IMG/VR virus record: IMGVR_UViG_2554235236_000002
DNA from: a virus
Length of the DNA stretch: 64,000 bases
Direction: 5' to 3' (one strand)
Each line of letters opens with the position of its first letter. Positions within the stretch are counted from its first letter, which is position 1. This document shows, piece after piece, positions 29,321 through 38,789 of this stretch. The translations under genes were made by a program, and so were the position numbers. The notes beneath the pieces are model-generated. The model ran no database searches. It was given only the letters and a program-made list of their open reading frames with translations, and was not told the origin of the DNA.

Positions 29321-29838
29321 ACAAGTATTCCTCCTTATAATCCTTTTAATTAATATATAAAACTAAAATAAATTCCTTCGGAAGTCCGATGATCCGATAG
29401 CATCGGCCAATCCGAAAAGAGGAGATAGAGGGGAAAAATAAGAAATGAATAAATCGGATAGGTGTTGAGGGAAAACACCCGAAGGAATTTACAAATAACA
29501 AAAGACGTCTTTTTAGACGTCTTCAGAAACTCTTTCTACACATGGTAGATGAGCTAAAAATGGAGCAGCAAAGAACAGAGTGAAATTTTTTCGTCTAAAT
29601 ATGACCAAATAAAAATATCTAACGTCCGTAAAACTGTAAAGAGCGTGAAACGTAAGCTGTTAAACGTTATCCGTTTCCCATCCTACAAAAAAATTGTAAT
29701 TTTATCGGTATTGCAGTTTGGATACGCTCCAAACCAAGGCGGCTCTCTACTTCTCTGACGCTCCAAGCTGATGATTTTTACACCAGCTATGAAGGTGAAA
29801 TAATTTTCACCCTCATAGCTAAGGCAAAAGCTCAGCAT

Positions 29839-30354
29839 TTATAGATACTTATTAGCAGCCTCAAACTCAATTTCATAGTTATGATTTGCTTTTTCAATTG
29901 CATTTGATAAGCGATTCGCCATTCTTTCAAGTTTTAATCCTTTAGATTTCATTTTCTCAGGTTCAAACATGGCTTCACGATAACTCACAACATCAGAATA
30001 TGATGCTAGTCGTTCAGTTTGTTTCGAACGTCCATAGTTTTTAAGTTTATTAGCTTCACCTCTTAGTTGTTGAGCTAACTCAAGAGCTTCCGTTATAGAC
30101 AACTCTTTTTCATCCCATACAACTTTAGCATATAGGTTTGCTTCGGCCATCAACACTACAAGGTCACGATAATCTTTCCTTGCAACTTCCAACTCTGTTG
30201 TGATTTTATCAATAGTTTTTGTTGGTTTAGTGTATGGTTCATCTTTGTCGTGTTCAACATAGGCAACGCTATCTCTTTCTTGCAAGAGTTCTTGAATACG
30301 TTTGGAAATAGTATTTCTTAAAGGGAGAGCTTCAAATAGTGCGATTTTTGACAT
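29839..30354 (-). CDS. DIP1984-like helical/coiled-coil protein
   Basis: LFEALPLRNTISKRIQEL...AEAN...ITEAL...IEKAN pattern recalled for the DIP1984 family. Confidence 0.65.
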   Translation of the reverse strand: MSKIALFEALPLRNTISKRIQELLQERDSVAYVEHDKDEPYTKPTKTIDKITTELEVARKDYRDLVVLMAEANLYAKVVWDEKELSITEALELAQQLRGEANKLKNYGRSKQTERLASYSDVVSYREAMFEPEKMKSKGLKLERMANRLSNAIEKANHNYEIEFEAANKYL

Positions 30355-30412
30355 TCACATCTTCTCCTTTTTCGTTAATAAGGCGACTTGCATCTTGCAA
30401 GACCCTTTTGTA

Positions 30413-30484
30413 CAGGGGCGACAGGGATCGAACCTGCCCACGCGGTTTTGGAGACCGCATCGCCACCGAGGAACATGCGCCCCT
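30413..30484 (-). tRNA. tRNA-Trp (CCA), non-canonical D arm, 3' CCA not encoded
   Basis: Acceptor AGGGGCG/CGCCCCT, anticodon arm GCGGT-CTCCAAA-ACCGC, T arm GCAGG-TTCGATC-CCTGT, discriminator G. Confidence 0.85.
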
Positions 30485-30979
30485 AGGATCGCCTGCGCAC
30501 CGGAAGGCTCGGAAGCACATTCCGGAAAGACCCGTAGGCAACGCAAGCACAAATAGAATAGTTTTGAAAAGACAAGACCGAAAATAATCCTTTTCAGTGA
30601 AAGGGGAGCGGTGATCAAACGCTCAAATGCCAATTCACTTATTTTACGATTATAGAAAAATCGCTAACCCGGAAAAATTTTATGCCTCATTCGAATAGTC
30701 GAAGGGCAGTATTCAGATGAGGAAGACGCATCCGCCTCATCTAAGTGCAAGCCGAAGCTGTACACCGCAATTAATTTAAGACAAAACTGTCACCCATAAT
30801 AAGACTGTGATGGGTTCACCCTACAAAGTAGTTAGTAGCAAAGGTCTTATTGACAGTTTTCGTCCGATAATAGCCACTTGCCTGTCTCCTAGAGATACAG
30901 GCGAGCTAGCTAACCTCGATCCCTCGCAAATGACTATTATCCGACCCACTTCAAATTGAAGTGGAGGGAAGAGGAGTAA

Positions 30980-31129
30980 TTATTCTGAAGAGATTAAACC
31001 AATACTCCTCATATACTCTTCCTCTGAGGCGAAGAAAAGCTCGATCTGTTCTTTGGTAATCGTAATATTGTGCTTCTTTGCATTTTTTAATATTACTTTT
31101 TCTAAATCATCATAGTTAAACTCAACCAA
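30980..31129 (-). CDS. Small protein, 49 aa (MVEFNYDDLEKVILKNAKK...; not in ORF track)
   Basis: AAGGAG RBS, TTG start, directly after HU. Confidence 0.6.
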   Translation of the reverse strand: MVEFNYDDLEKVILKNAKKHNITITKEQIELFFASEEEYMRSIGLISSE

Positions 31130-31149
31130 CAGAATAATTCTCCTTTTAA

Positions 31150-31425
31150 TTATTGTTTGATAGCATCTTTAAGAGCTTTAGCAGCTTTAAATGCTGGTGC
31201 TTTTGTTGCTGGGATTTCAATTTCTTCCCCTGATTGAGGGTTACGCCCCTTGCGTGCAGCACGCTCTCGCACTTCGAAACTGCCAAAACCGTGCACTTTA
31301 ACTTTTTCACCATCTTTTAGAGCAGATGTGATTACATCAAATGTTGAGTCAACAACCAATTCGACATCTTTCTTTGTTAGTTCTGTAGCCTCTGCAACTG
31401 CACCAATTAGTTCTTTTTTATTCAT
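31150..31425 (-). CDS. hupN: HU-family DNA-binding protein
   Basis: MNKKELI...[19 protein letters not shown]. Confidence 0.95.
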   Translation of the reverse strand: MNKKELIGAVAEATELTKKDVELVVDSTFDVITSALKDGEKVKVHGFGSFEVRERAARKGRNPQSGEEIEIPATKAPAFKAAKALKDAIKQ

Positions 31426-31530
31426 TCTTATTTCCTCCTAAATGTAAGTTTAATTTTATGTATCTATCCATAATATAAAAATTTATGTATGGTTCAAAAA
31501 TGCTTATATATCAAGGGATTTAGCATTTTT

Positions 31531-32337
31531 CTAAAGCGTTACATTTCGATGTTTTCTTACTCTTGTCCTTGTTTTTTCTTTTGCTATTACGGATGCACAA
31601 GGTGGGCAGTATTTAGATTTGTTACTTTTAAATCTAAATGGAGTTTGGCAATTGACGCATGATTTAACTTTCTTTTGACCAGTGTGCAGATCATAATAGA
31701 GACCGATACTGTCAAACGATTTTATTTTAATAGCCGTTTCTCCGCCGGGTTCAATACCATAGATAAAACTTAATTTAATAAATCCTTTATTCCGAATTTC
31801 AACAATATCCTTCTTGGCCAATTCGCCAATGTTTTGATGCAGCTTGTTGGCAGTTAGCGAAGTATGAGAAGCATCTATAAGTTCTTTGTATCTTTTGTTG
31901 TTTCCGCCAAAATAGTGTTCTGTTGTATGCTCCCCGTATTTGATGTGATGAACTGTCGAATATAATTTTGCTAAGACAAGAAGGGTAAAGCAGAGCTTTT
32001 TTTGTTGATGGTTGATATCTAAAGAATCAATAAATCGAAGTTCATTCTCCGTTATATCAATTTCATTTGCATTGATTAAAATATTTTCTTTTTTTCTTGC
32101 ATAATTAAGTACCGAATTAATTTTTTTGTAATAAAGAACCCGACTAAAGTTTTCAATGTTCTTTTTGCAGAAATCATAAAGGAGCTCTTCACGTTTTTTA
32201 GGCTTATACCCTAATTCTTTATAGTACATTGCCAATAACTTCAGTTCATAATTGAGGTTCTTTGAAATGAATCCATTTTCAATAATTGCTTCTGCATATT
32301 CTTTCTCTTTAAACTTAAATTTGTCTATCATAGACAC
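31531..32337 (-). CDS. Phage protein with C-terminal zinc ribbon (268 aa)
   Basis: CVNC...CPPC; translationally coupled to yonO. Confidence 0.75.
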   Translation of the reverse strand: MSMIDKFKFKEKEYAEAIIENGFISKNLNYELKLLAMYYKELGYKPKKREELLYDFCKKNIENFSRVLYYKKINSVLNYARKKENILINANEIDITENELRFIDSLDINHQQKKLCFTLLVLAKLYSTVHHIKYGEHTTEHYFGGNNKRYKELIDASHTSLTANKLHQNIGELAKKDIVEIRNKGFIKLSFIYGIEPGGETAIKIKSFDSIGLYYDLHTGQKKVKSCVNCQTPFRFKSNKSKYCPPCASVIAKEKTRTRVRKHRNVTL

Positions 32338-35102
32338 ACCTTTCTTAATGAGTAATGTTTATTAAGGTAGTTGATATCACCTTCTTGATCAAGTACAGGG
32401 ATGTTGAAACTTTTTTGTTTTACTTTTACGTTTTCAAATATGTATTGGCCGTAGAGATGCCATAAAATCTCTTTATTTGAGCTCTTTTCATCAACATAAA
32501 ATAAGCGAACAAGGTAATTAACTGCCTCGTAAATATTGGAGCAAATATCATTGAGTCTTTGTTTGAATAAATCTAGGGAATTGGAGAAATTGCTGCAGAG
32601 ATCTGAATCATATAAATTTTTATCTGTATCACTACTTGTTCCCAATGAAAATGATTGATTAATACTTTTTTTATGTTTTTGATATGCTTTTACTACTTTC
32701 CTGTACCGTGATTCATCAAGTTCAACTGCATCATTCATATAAATCTTGTAAATTTCATCATCGATATCCTTGTTAACAATGTTTCTAATACCAAAGTCAA
32801 CGGATTCAATGTACTTGCAGAGTCTGTTCATTACACAGTCGCTCTCAATCACAGGATTAAACCTTTCAAATAACTTAAGAAATTCATGCTGCTCCTTTGT
32901 TTTTCGTTTTACTTTCTTGAGCTCCTGAAGACTAATCCCAAATTTCTGCTTGCAAGTGATATCATAGGTTTTGACATGTTTTTTGTATTTGTTTTTAGTT
33001 CCTTTGTATAAATAAATAAAAAAGTAGGGGTGTTTATCCAATAAGATTCTATTGTAAAATTCCTTAGCCGTCTTAACATTCTCCGAGTCATCTTTTTTGA
33101 TCTTTTGATAATTAATCCAGCGAGAAGGGATGCCTTTAACTTCTCGTCCAATTTTGGCCTTATCAATTTGAGCACTTTGCAATTTGGTACACATTTTTAC
33201 TCGATTTAATGTGGTGAGATACTCTTCAGAATCAGAATCAAGCTGAGAAAGAAGAGCGTAGCCACTCGTGCTTTTATTAGTGATTGAACCAATAATCGAG
33301 CCAAATGAAAAAAGGTCTGCATTAAATAAATCTTCCTCAGTCAAAACCTTTTTGGTTGAAGTGGGAGGGGTGTAGGCCACTGGCAACTCATTTTTATAAA
33401 CCCCCTTTAATACTGTTTTATCCGAAGTTGTTGCAATAATGTCATAGTCGAAATCACTACCAGCCCAATTCATTGTCTCAGAGCCGTGAACATTCACAAT
33501 GATACCTGTGTAATTATGTCTGTACCAATAATCCATATCTTCAGTTTGCTTTAGATTTAAAATCAAATGTTCGCTGCGATAGGTGAGGGGAGCGCGCATA
33601 CTGTCAACATATTTGATTCCTTTTTGATTCCAATAATTTGAGTAGTATTCACGCTTACCTAAAAGCCCTGTTACCTCTAGCCCACAAACGTGCTGCATCA
33701 TTGCATAGGGATCGCTAACAAGAGTCTGGAAGTTACCATCTAAGATTATATCCCCAAGGCATCCGCGTTGGATTTTCCTTTTCATTAAGTCATAAATTTT
33801 CTTTTTTATGTATTTGTCGTTGATTAAGTCAGGGTTAACTATTAAAGACTTAACCCAATGATTATCAGATTTCTCCATGTAATTCGTAATTTTTTCGTCT
33901 GTGACATCAGTACCCAGCAAAAACAAGATGGTGTAATATATGTTGCCTGAATTGACCCCGGTTATCCAGTTAACGAATTTCTCACAGACTTTTTCAATGT
34001 CTTCATGGTTTAGATTCAGAGTCTGCAAAAATTGATAGTTCATTTTCAAAATGTCTTTATCTTTTTTGGGGCTGTGTAGTGAAACTCCCCATTTCAAATT
34101 GTTCTTTTCACAGTTATTTTCATAAACCTCAATGGAGGGAAAGCTGTCCCAGAGTTTAAATTGGCTTTCAGTGAGGATAACATCAATGTCCCTCAAATCC
34201 ACAATTTTTGGGTTCCCGTTAGAGTCTTTATAAGATGTTCTGATTCTATAATTCCCATTGTTTACTTTTTCGCAAAACTCATGAATGGGGAAGGTGTTAA
34301 GCATTCCTTTGATGAAGTTCTGTCTGATACACCATTGTGCAGGTACATAATCTAAGCCTAATTCATCTGCCCATTTTTTCGCCATCTCATAGCTAATCAA
34401 ACCTTGGCCATCAAAACGGTTAAATGATTCAACAATATCTTTAACTTCGATAATGTCATCATCTTCATAATCTGTTTCTGTCACAAAGTTTACTTTTACT
34501 TTAGTGTCGCTATAATAATCAGGGACTAAACAAAACCGGGGAGAACTAACTACTTGAGTGGCGCTGCCAGCCAATCCCTTATAAGCATTAAACTTAGAAG
34601 GGACTAGGGCTTTATTTAAATCTCTTCCGTTATCCAGGATTTCATTAAGTCTTTTGGATGTCTCTTCTTCGATAAATACAACAGTTGAAACCCTTGCTTG
34701 CCCCGCAGAAGACGAGAATCGAATAAACTTTTTATTATTTAAAGTGAGTCCATTTTTATGTAAATCTTTATAATGACTAGGATGATCCATTTTAATTGTT
34801 ATGTATTCTGGAATAAACAGAATTTCGTTAATTTCATTTTGGATACCCTTCAACTTCTTTGAAATATCCTGTGAATGATTTAGTCTTTGTAAAGTTTCCT
34901 TTTCTTTGTTAAGTGATTCAAGGTATGTGTAGTCAACTTCCTTGTTTTTAATGTCCCTAATAGATCTTAAAATTTGATTATCAAATAAAGCAATAACTTC
35001 GTTGTACTCTTGAGCTTCTTCGAATGATAACGATATATTATAGCCAAACTCTTTAAGTCTAGATGAGTTGAATTTGTATGTATAAAACTGTTTATTCTCC
35101 AA
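32328..35102 (-). CDS. yonO: YonO-type single-subunit DNA-dependent RNA polymerase
   Basis: Catalytic DFDYD motif, RFDGQG, RAP motif; 924 aa at the head of the late arm. Confidence 0.92.
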   Translation of the reverse strand: MENKQFYTYKFNSSRLKEFGYNISLSFEEAQEYNEVIALFDNQILRSIRDIKNKEVDYTYLESLNKEKETLQRLNHSQDISKKLKGIQNEINEILFIPEYITIKMDHPSHYKDLHKNGLTLNNKKFIRFSSSAGQARVSTVVFIEEETSKRLNEILDNGRDLNKALVPSKFNAYKGLAGSATQVVSSPRFCLVPDYYSDTKVKVNFVTETDYEDDDIIEVKDIVESFNRFDGQGLISYEMAKKWADELGLDYVPAQWCIRQNFIKGMLNTFPIHEFCEKVNNGNYRIRTSYKDSNGNPKIVDLRDIDVILTESQFKLWDSFPSIEVYENNCEKNNLKWGVSLHSPKKDKDILKMNYQFLQTLNLNHEDIEKVCEKFVNWITGVNSGNIYYTILFLLGTDVTDEKITNYMEKSDNHWVKSLIVNPDLINDKYIKKKIYDLMKRKIQRGCLGDIILDGNFQTLVSDPYAMMQHVCGLEVTGLLGKREYYSNYWNQKGIKYVDSMRAPLTYRSEHLILNLKQTEDMDYWYRHNYTGIIVNVHGSETMNWAGSDFDYDIIATTSDKTVLKGVYKNELPVAYTPPTSTKKVLTEEDLFNADLFSFGSIIGSITNKSTSGYALLSQLDSDSEEYLTTLNRVKMCTKLQSAQIDKAKIGREVKGIPSRWINYQKIKKDDSENVKTAKEFYNRILLDKHPYFFIYLYKGTKNKYKKHVKTYDITCKQKFGISLQELKKVKRKTKEQHEFLKLFERFNPVIESDCVMNRLCKYIESVDFGIRNIVNKDIDDEIYKIYMNDAVELDESRYRKVVKAYQKHKKSINQSFSLGTSSDTDKNLYDSDLCSNFSNSLDLFKQRLNDICSNIYEAVNYLVRLFYVDEKSSNKEILWHLYGQYIFENVKVKQKSFNIPVLDQEGDINYLNKHYSLRKVCL

Positions 35103-35137
35103 TAAAGCATATCTCCTTTTTGTTCTTTTAATTTGTG

Positions 35138-35578
35138 TTATATTTTGATATCAGTTATGTATGATGAAAGCTCATCCAGTAAAGCATGAATATCCTCGTC
35201 AGTTGCATTACAGGAACAAGACGAAAAAGTAATGTCTTCAATCCAAGGATTCCTTTTTAAAACTGCTTTAATGTGTTTTACTTTTTCTGAAGGAGATAAG
35301 CAAACACCATCAACAAATTTACTTTCAATAAATCTTTTTAATTTGTTTAATTGCTTGCTTGAAATCCGATCATTTTTATTAAGGGATGCTTCTTTTCTAA
35401 TAAACATGAATTCTTCTTCACTTAATCTTTTAATCTTGTTTCTCGTATTCCCCACAAATGCTGCTTCCCCAATGTTGAGATCACGGTTTAATGCTTCTCT
35501 TTTTCTGTATGTATGACCGTTTTCTTTAATTTGAATGTCTTTTGTTAATGTATATCCTTCTGTATTATGTAGTAACAT
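35138..35578 (-). CDS. Hypothetical protein (146 aa)
   Basis: ORF with GGAGG RBS upstream of yonO. Confidence 0.7.
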   Translation of the reverse strand: MLLHNTEGYTLTKDIQIKENGHTYRKREALNRDLNIGEAAFVGNTRNKIKRLSEEEFMFIRKEASLNKNDRISSKQLNKLKRFIESKFVDGVCLSPSEKVKHIKAVLKRNPWIEDITFSSCSCNATDEDIHALLDELSSYITDIKI

Positions 35579-35878
35579 GTTTCTCCTCCAAAATTTCCGA
35601 TATATTTTTCATTGAATCACTCCTATTGAATATTCTTAGAGTATTTAACACTGCACAATTGATGAACTCAATTACACATCAAAATCACTCCTTACTTGGT
35701 TTTTGTATCTCTATTATATACTTTTAATTTGTTTTTGTCCATAAGTATTGAACTGAATTATTCATCCAGCTCAATAATTTCAAATAAATCGGATAGTTCA
35801 TAGTTTAGAACAGACAAACCTTATGCAATATAAGAGATGGAGGAGAGCTACGACACTCTCCAGTTAAAATGTATATAC

Positions 35879-36064
35879 CTACATAATACAAACTAATTCA
35901 CAATAACCTTCATCATTCAATATATATTGGCAGGCACCAGGAGGTAATACAGGGCATGGACGGCCACTAACATAAACAAGATTTGGGGTTATGGAAAAAG
36001 AATATGGGCTTGCAAGATAAGAATATGGAATTACAGGATATTGACGATGAAACAAGTAAATCAC
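35879..36064 (-). CDS. Small Cys/Tyr/Pro-rich protein (likely TTG start 36055)
   Basis: AAGGAG RBS; FHRQYP...PCPVLPPGACQY...CELVC. Confidence 0.55.
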   Translation of the reverse strand: MIYLFHRQYPVIPYSYLASPYSFSITPNLVYVSGRPCPVLPPGACQYILNDEGYCELVCIM

Positions 36065-36262
36065 TCCTTACTTTATTATAAAAATTGTATTTAAATTTTT
36101 GTGTTTTTGTAGATTGTCTACACATAATTGTGCCATTGCCCAACAAGGATTCTTGGACTTTATAGCCTGTTAGTGAAGAAATAGCTCAAACGAGAGATAT
36201 TTTGATTTTTTATAAGTAGGCATCTTCACAAACATAGATACATATTAATGTGTGAATGAATA

Positions 36263-36745
36263 GTGAATGGGGGCTGCTTGAACATGTATAGACCATTTAT
36301 TTTTTATAATTACCAATATGGTTACCCGCATGATTATGCTTATAATATCGGGGTAAACCCTATGGTACGACAACGAATATCAAACGGTCAACGGGTTCAA
36401 CAACCAGGACTACCTAGAATTTATCTCGTTGATAATGGGAGATTACGTTGGATTGTTGATGCAGATGTTTATATGGGGATTTTTAAAGATTGGAAAGGGA
36501 TTTTGTCAGTGAATGTGCAATCCCATCCTCAAGGACCACCTCTTGTTAGAGGAACTTTGCTCTTTAAACATCCAAATAACCCCAGAGTATACTTATACGA
36601 TAAAGAAGACGGTCGTAGATGGGTAAAACGATGGATTGTGAATCCGCACTCTTTTAATTTTTATCATTTTGATTGGAATAAGATTCAAATCAAAAACCCT
36701 TCCACATTTAATCCTCCCAATGGCAGTAGCATTGTAGCACGATGA
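36263..36745 (+). CDS. Hypothetical protein with Tyr-rich N-terminus and internal two-fold repeat
   Basis: PRIYLVDNGRLRWIV / PRVYLYDKEDGRRWVKRWIV duplication. Confidence 0.7.
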   Translation: MNGGCLNMYRPFIFYNYQYGYPHDYAYNIGVNPMVRQRISNGQRVQQPGLPRIYLVDNGRLRWIVDADVYMGIFKDWKGILSVNVQSHPQGPPLVRGTLLFKHPNNPRVYLYDKEDGRRWVKRWIVNPHSFNFYHFDWNKIQIKNPSTFNPPNGSSIVAR

Positions 36746-37440
36746 TTTTGAATCTATTAATTAAAATGGTTTGGGGGGAGATCTGTAATCCTCTCCTTGT
36801 ATCGGCAGCGGATTACATTGCTGTCGTAAGCAAATAAGAAAGCTGAAGAAAAGATAATAGCATCAAGAGGATTTTGTCTTTTTGAGTACAGGAAAGGGGA
36901 GGATGAATCGTAAAAAGTTTGGGGGAGAAGGGCTTGAGAATGATTTAGGTAAGATGGAGAGTATTTTAGAGGGAGGGGAGAGTGTGAAAAGTGTTGAGAT
37001 AAAAGGGTTTTACGATAGCGAATACGATTAAATTAGGCTGAAACCCAAAAATAATCATGGTGTGGAAATGGAAGTGCTAGGGGAATATTCGTTCCCTTTT
37101 TTGTTATTTTGGATGTTAATATCCCCCCCTATATAGCCTAATATATGGTATCCATTTACGGTTATAAGGGTAGTTATAACTTGATTTATTGAATCCTGAT
37201 TCAGAAAAACAGTGAGATCAATATAATATTAAAAAGTCAACCATTTAAGAAGATATTTTTAAAAAAATTGAAACTGTAATCAGATGAGGGAGCACGCTTT
37301 TTTTAAATAAAGAATCGTTTGAATAACAGTGGGCGGCGAGTCGAAGACTTATTTTTTATTTAACACACTTATACCAAATAATAACCCTTTCCCCTTACCT
37401 ATATTATTCTCTAAAAAACAAACTAATTAAAAGAAATATA

Positions 37441-37469
37441 TTGACTATCTTTAATAGTCATGATACAAT
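37441..37469 (+). promoter_or_regulatory. Early promoter with palindromic operator
   Basis: TTGACT-17-TACAAT; GACTA-N7-TAGTC. Confidence 0.75.
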
Positions 37470-37517
37470 TTAAATATAGTTAAGCGATACATATATAGCC
37501 GAAAGGGGAAATAAAAA

Positions 37518-37929
37518 ATGAAAAAAACTGAATGGATGTTAAATAGCGAATATCGTGCAATGTTAGATTTTGAACAACGCGGGACAGTTTTAGCGGGTAT
37601 TATAGAAAATCCATATGCATCACCATCCAGTTTACTTACGCAAATTTATGATATTGTTGACGATCACTTAGAAAGATATCGTGAAGACAGCTGCATTTAT
37701 TACATTATGGATCATTGGGTTGTGTACAACCCGATTGAAAGGTATTTAGGTGTTTATTACAAGGAAGGCTGTCATTGCACTTATGATACTCGTGATCTGA
37801 CTGAGAGTGATACCAAAAGATTTTGCAATTATGCATACCCTATTTAAAGATGAAATTCAAGAATTGAAAATCATGATTAAAGAAGCCGAGAAAGAGTTAC
37901 AAGTGATTGGCGGAAAGAAAGTTAAGTAA
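37518..37929 (+). pseudogene. Early gene frameshifted by a 4-bp duplication
   Basis: Tandem CTGA-CTGA at 37797-37804; removing one copy gives a 135-aa ORF ending at 37929. Confidence 0.6.
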
Positions 37930-38295
37930 ATCCATTCCCAAAAAGCAAATTAAAATCAATTAATGAAGAGGAAACGACAATGACACAAAAGCAAATATAT
38001 TATTTCAACAGCTACGATGTATTAAAGCTATCTAATAAACAATGTTATATAAACAAATTAAAAATACACGACTCGGTTTTATGACTGAGTCTTTTTTATT
38101 TCCATTTTAAGCACGCTCACAGCCTCACAGACAAGCCTTAATACATTCCTGGCATTATTTATATTCATTACCGCTAATCCTTATCAGATCAAGCCATAAC
38201 CCAGAAATAAAACCTCTTTCTAAACCTCGTTATTCACTTTTAATTTGTGTTTAAATATGATATAATTATAGGTATAGAAAGGAGGGGAAAACATT

Positions 38296-38478
38296 GTGTT
38301 TGATAGGGTAGGTGTTGTGTTGGCTATTGTCTTATCTCTTTCAACGCTGACAATCAATATACTAACCATTATTGAGAAGTTAGCCACAATAAGAAACAAG
38401 ACAAGCCATAGACATCAAAGAAAAAAGCGTCTACGAAAGCGAAACCGGGCAAGGCACCGCAGACGTACACGCCTATAA
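38296..38478 (+). CDS. yonT: Type I toxin YonT-like (TM helix plus Arg/Lys tail)
   Basis: VGVVLAIVLSLSTLTINILTIIEK followed by RHQRKKRLRKR. Confidence 0.85.
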   Translation: MFDRVGVVLAIVLSLSTLTINILTIIEKLATIRNKTSHRHQRKKRLRKRNRARHRRRTRL

Positions 38479-38547
38479 CACAGCAGGCTAGAGGAGTAAT
38501 CCTCTAGCTTCATCTACAGTATAACATAATCAAACACAATTTAAAAC

Positions 38548-38736
38548 ATGAAACGTATTCCATTATGGGTTACTCATTTATTGTTTATTGTATGCTTTGT
38601 TCTATTCCTGTTCAATAGGCAATACTTCAGCAGCTCAACACAGATCATTGTTTATACAGTTTTTATAGTTACGCTCATAGTCATAGCTGTTTCATGGTTT
38701 GTTTATTATACAGTCAAACGAAAACAAAATAGATGA
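38548..38736 (+). CDS. Small two-TM protein (YoyJ-like position)
   Basis: Hydrophobic 62-aa ORF after yonT; GCTAGAGG/CCTCTAGC hairpin between them. Confidence 0.7.
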   Translation: MKRIPLWVTHLLFIVCFVLFLFNRQYFSSSTQIIVYTVFIVTLIVIAVSWFVYYTVKRKQNR

Positions 38737-38789
38737 GTGATGATAATCGCTCATCATTACATAATATATAAATTAAAGGGAGTTAGTGG

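Noticed and set aside
30302-30633. Four overlapping 72-92 aa ORFs
   Set aside because: Produced by the GC-rich tRNA and structured RNA; no RBS or protein-like character
36200-36262. Sigma-K/E/G promoters for the spore-like genes (also upstream of 50781)
   Set aside because: CATA-like -10 boxes exist but the spacing to a -35 element does not fit
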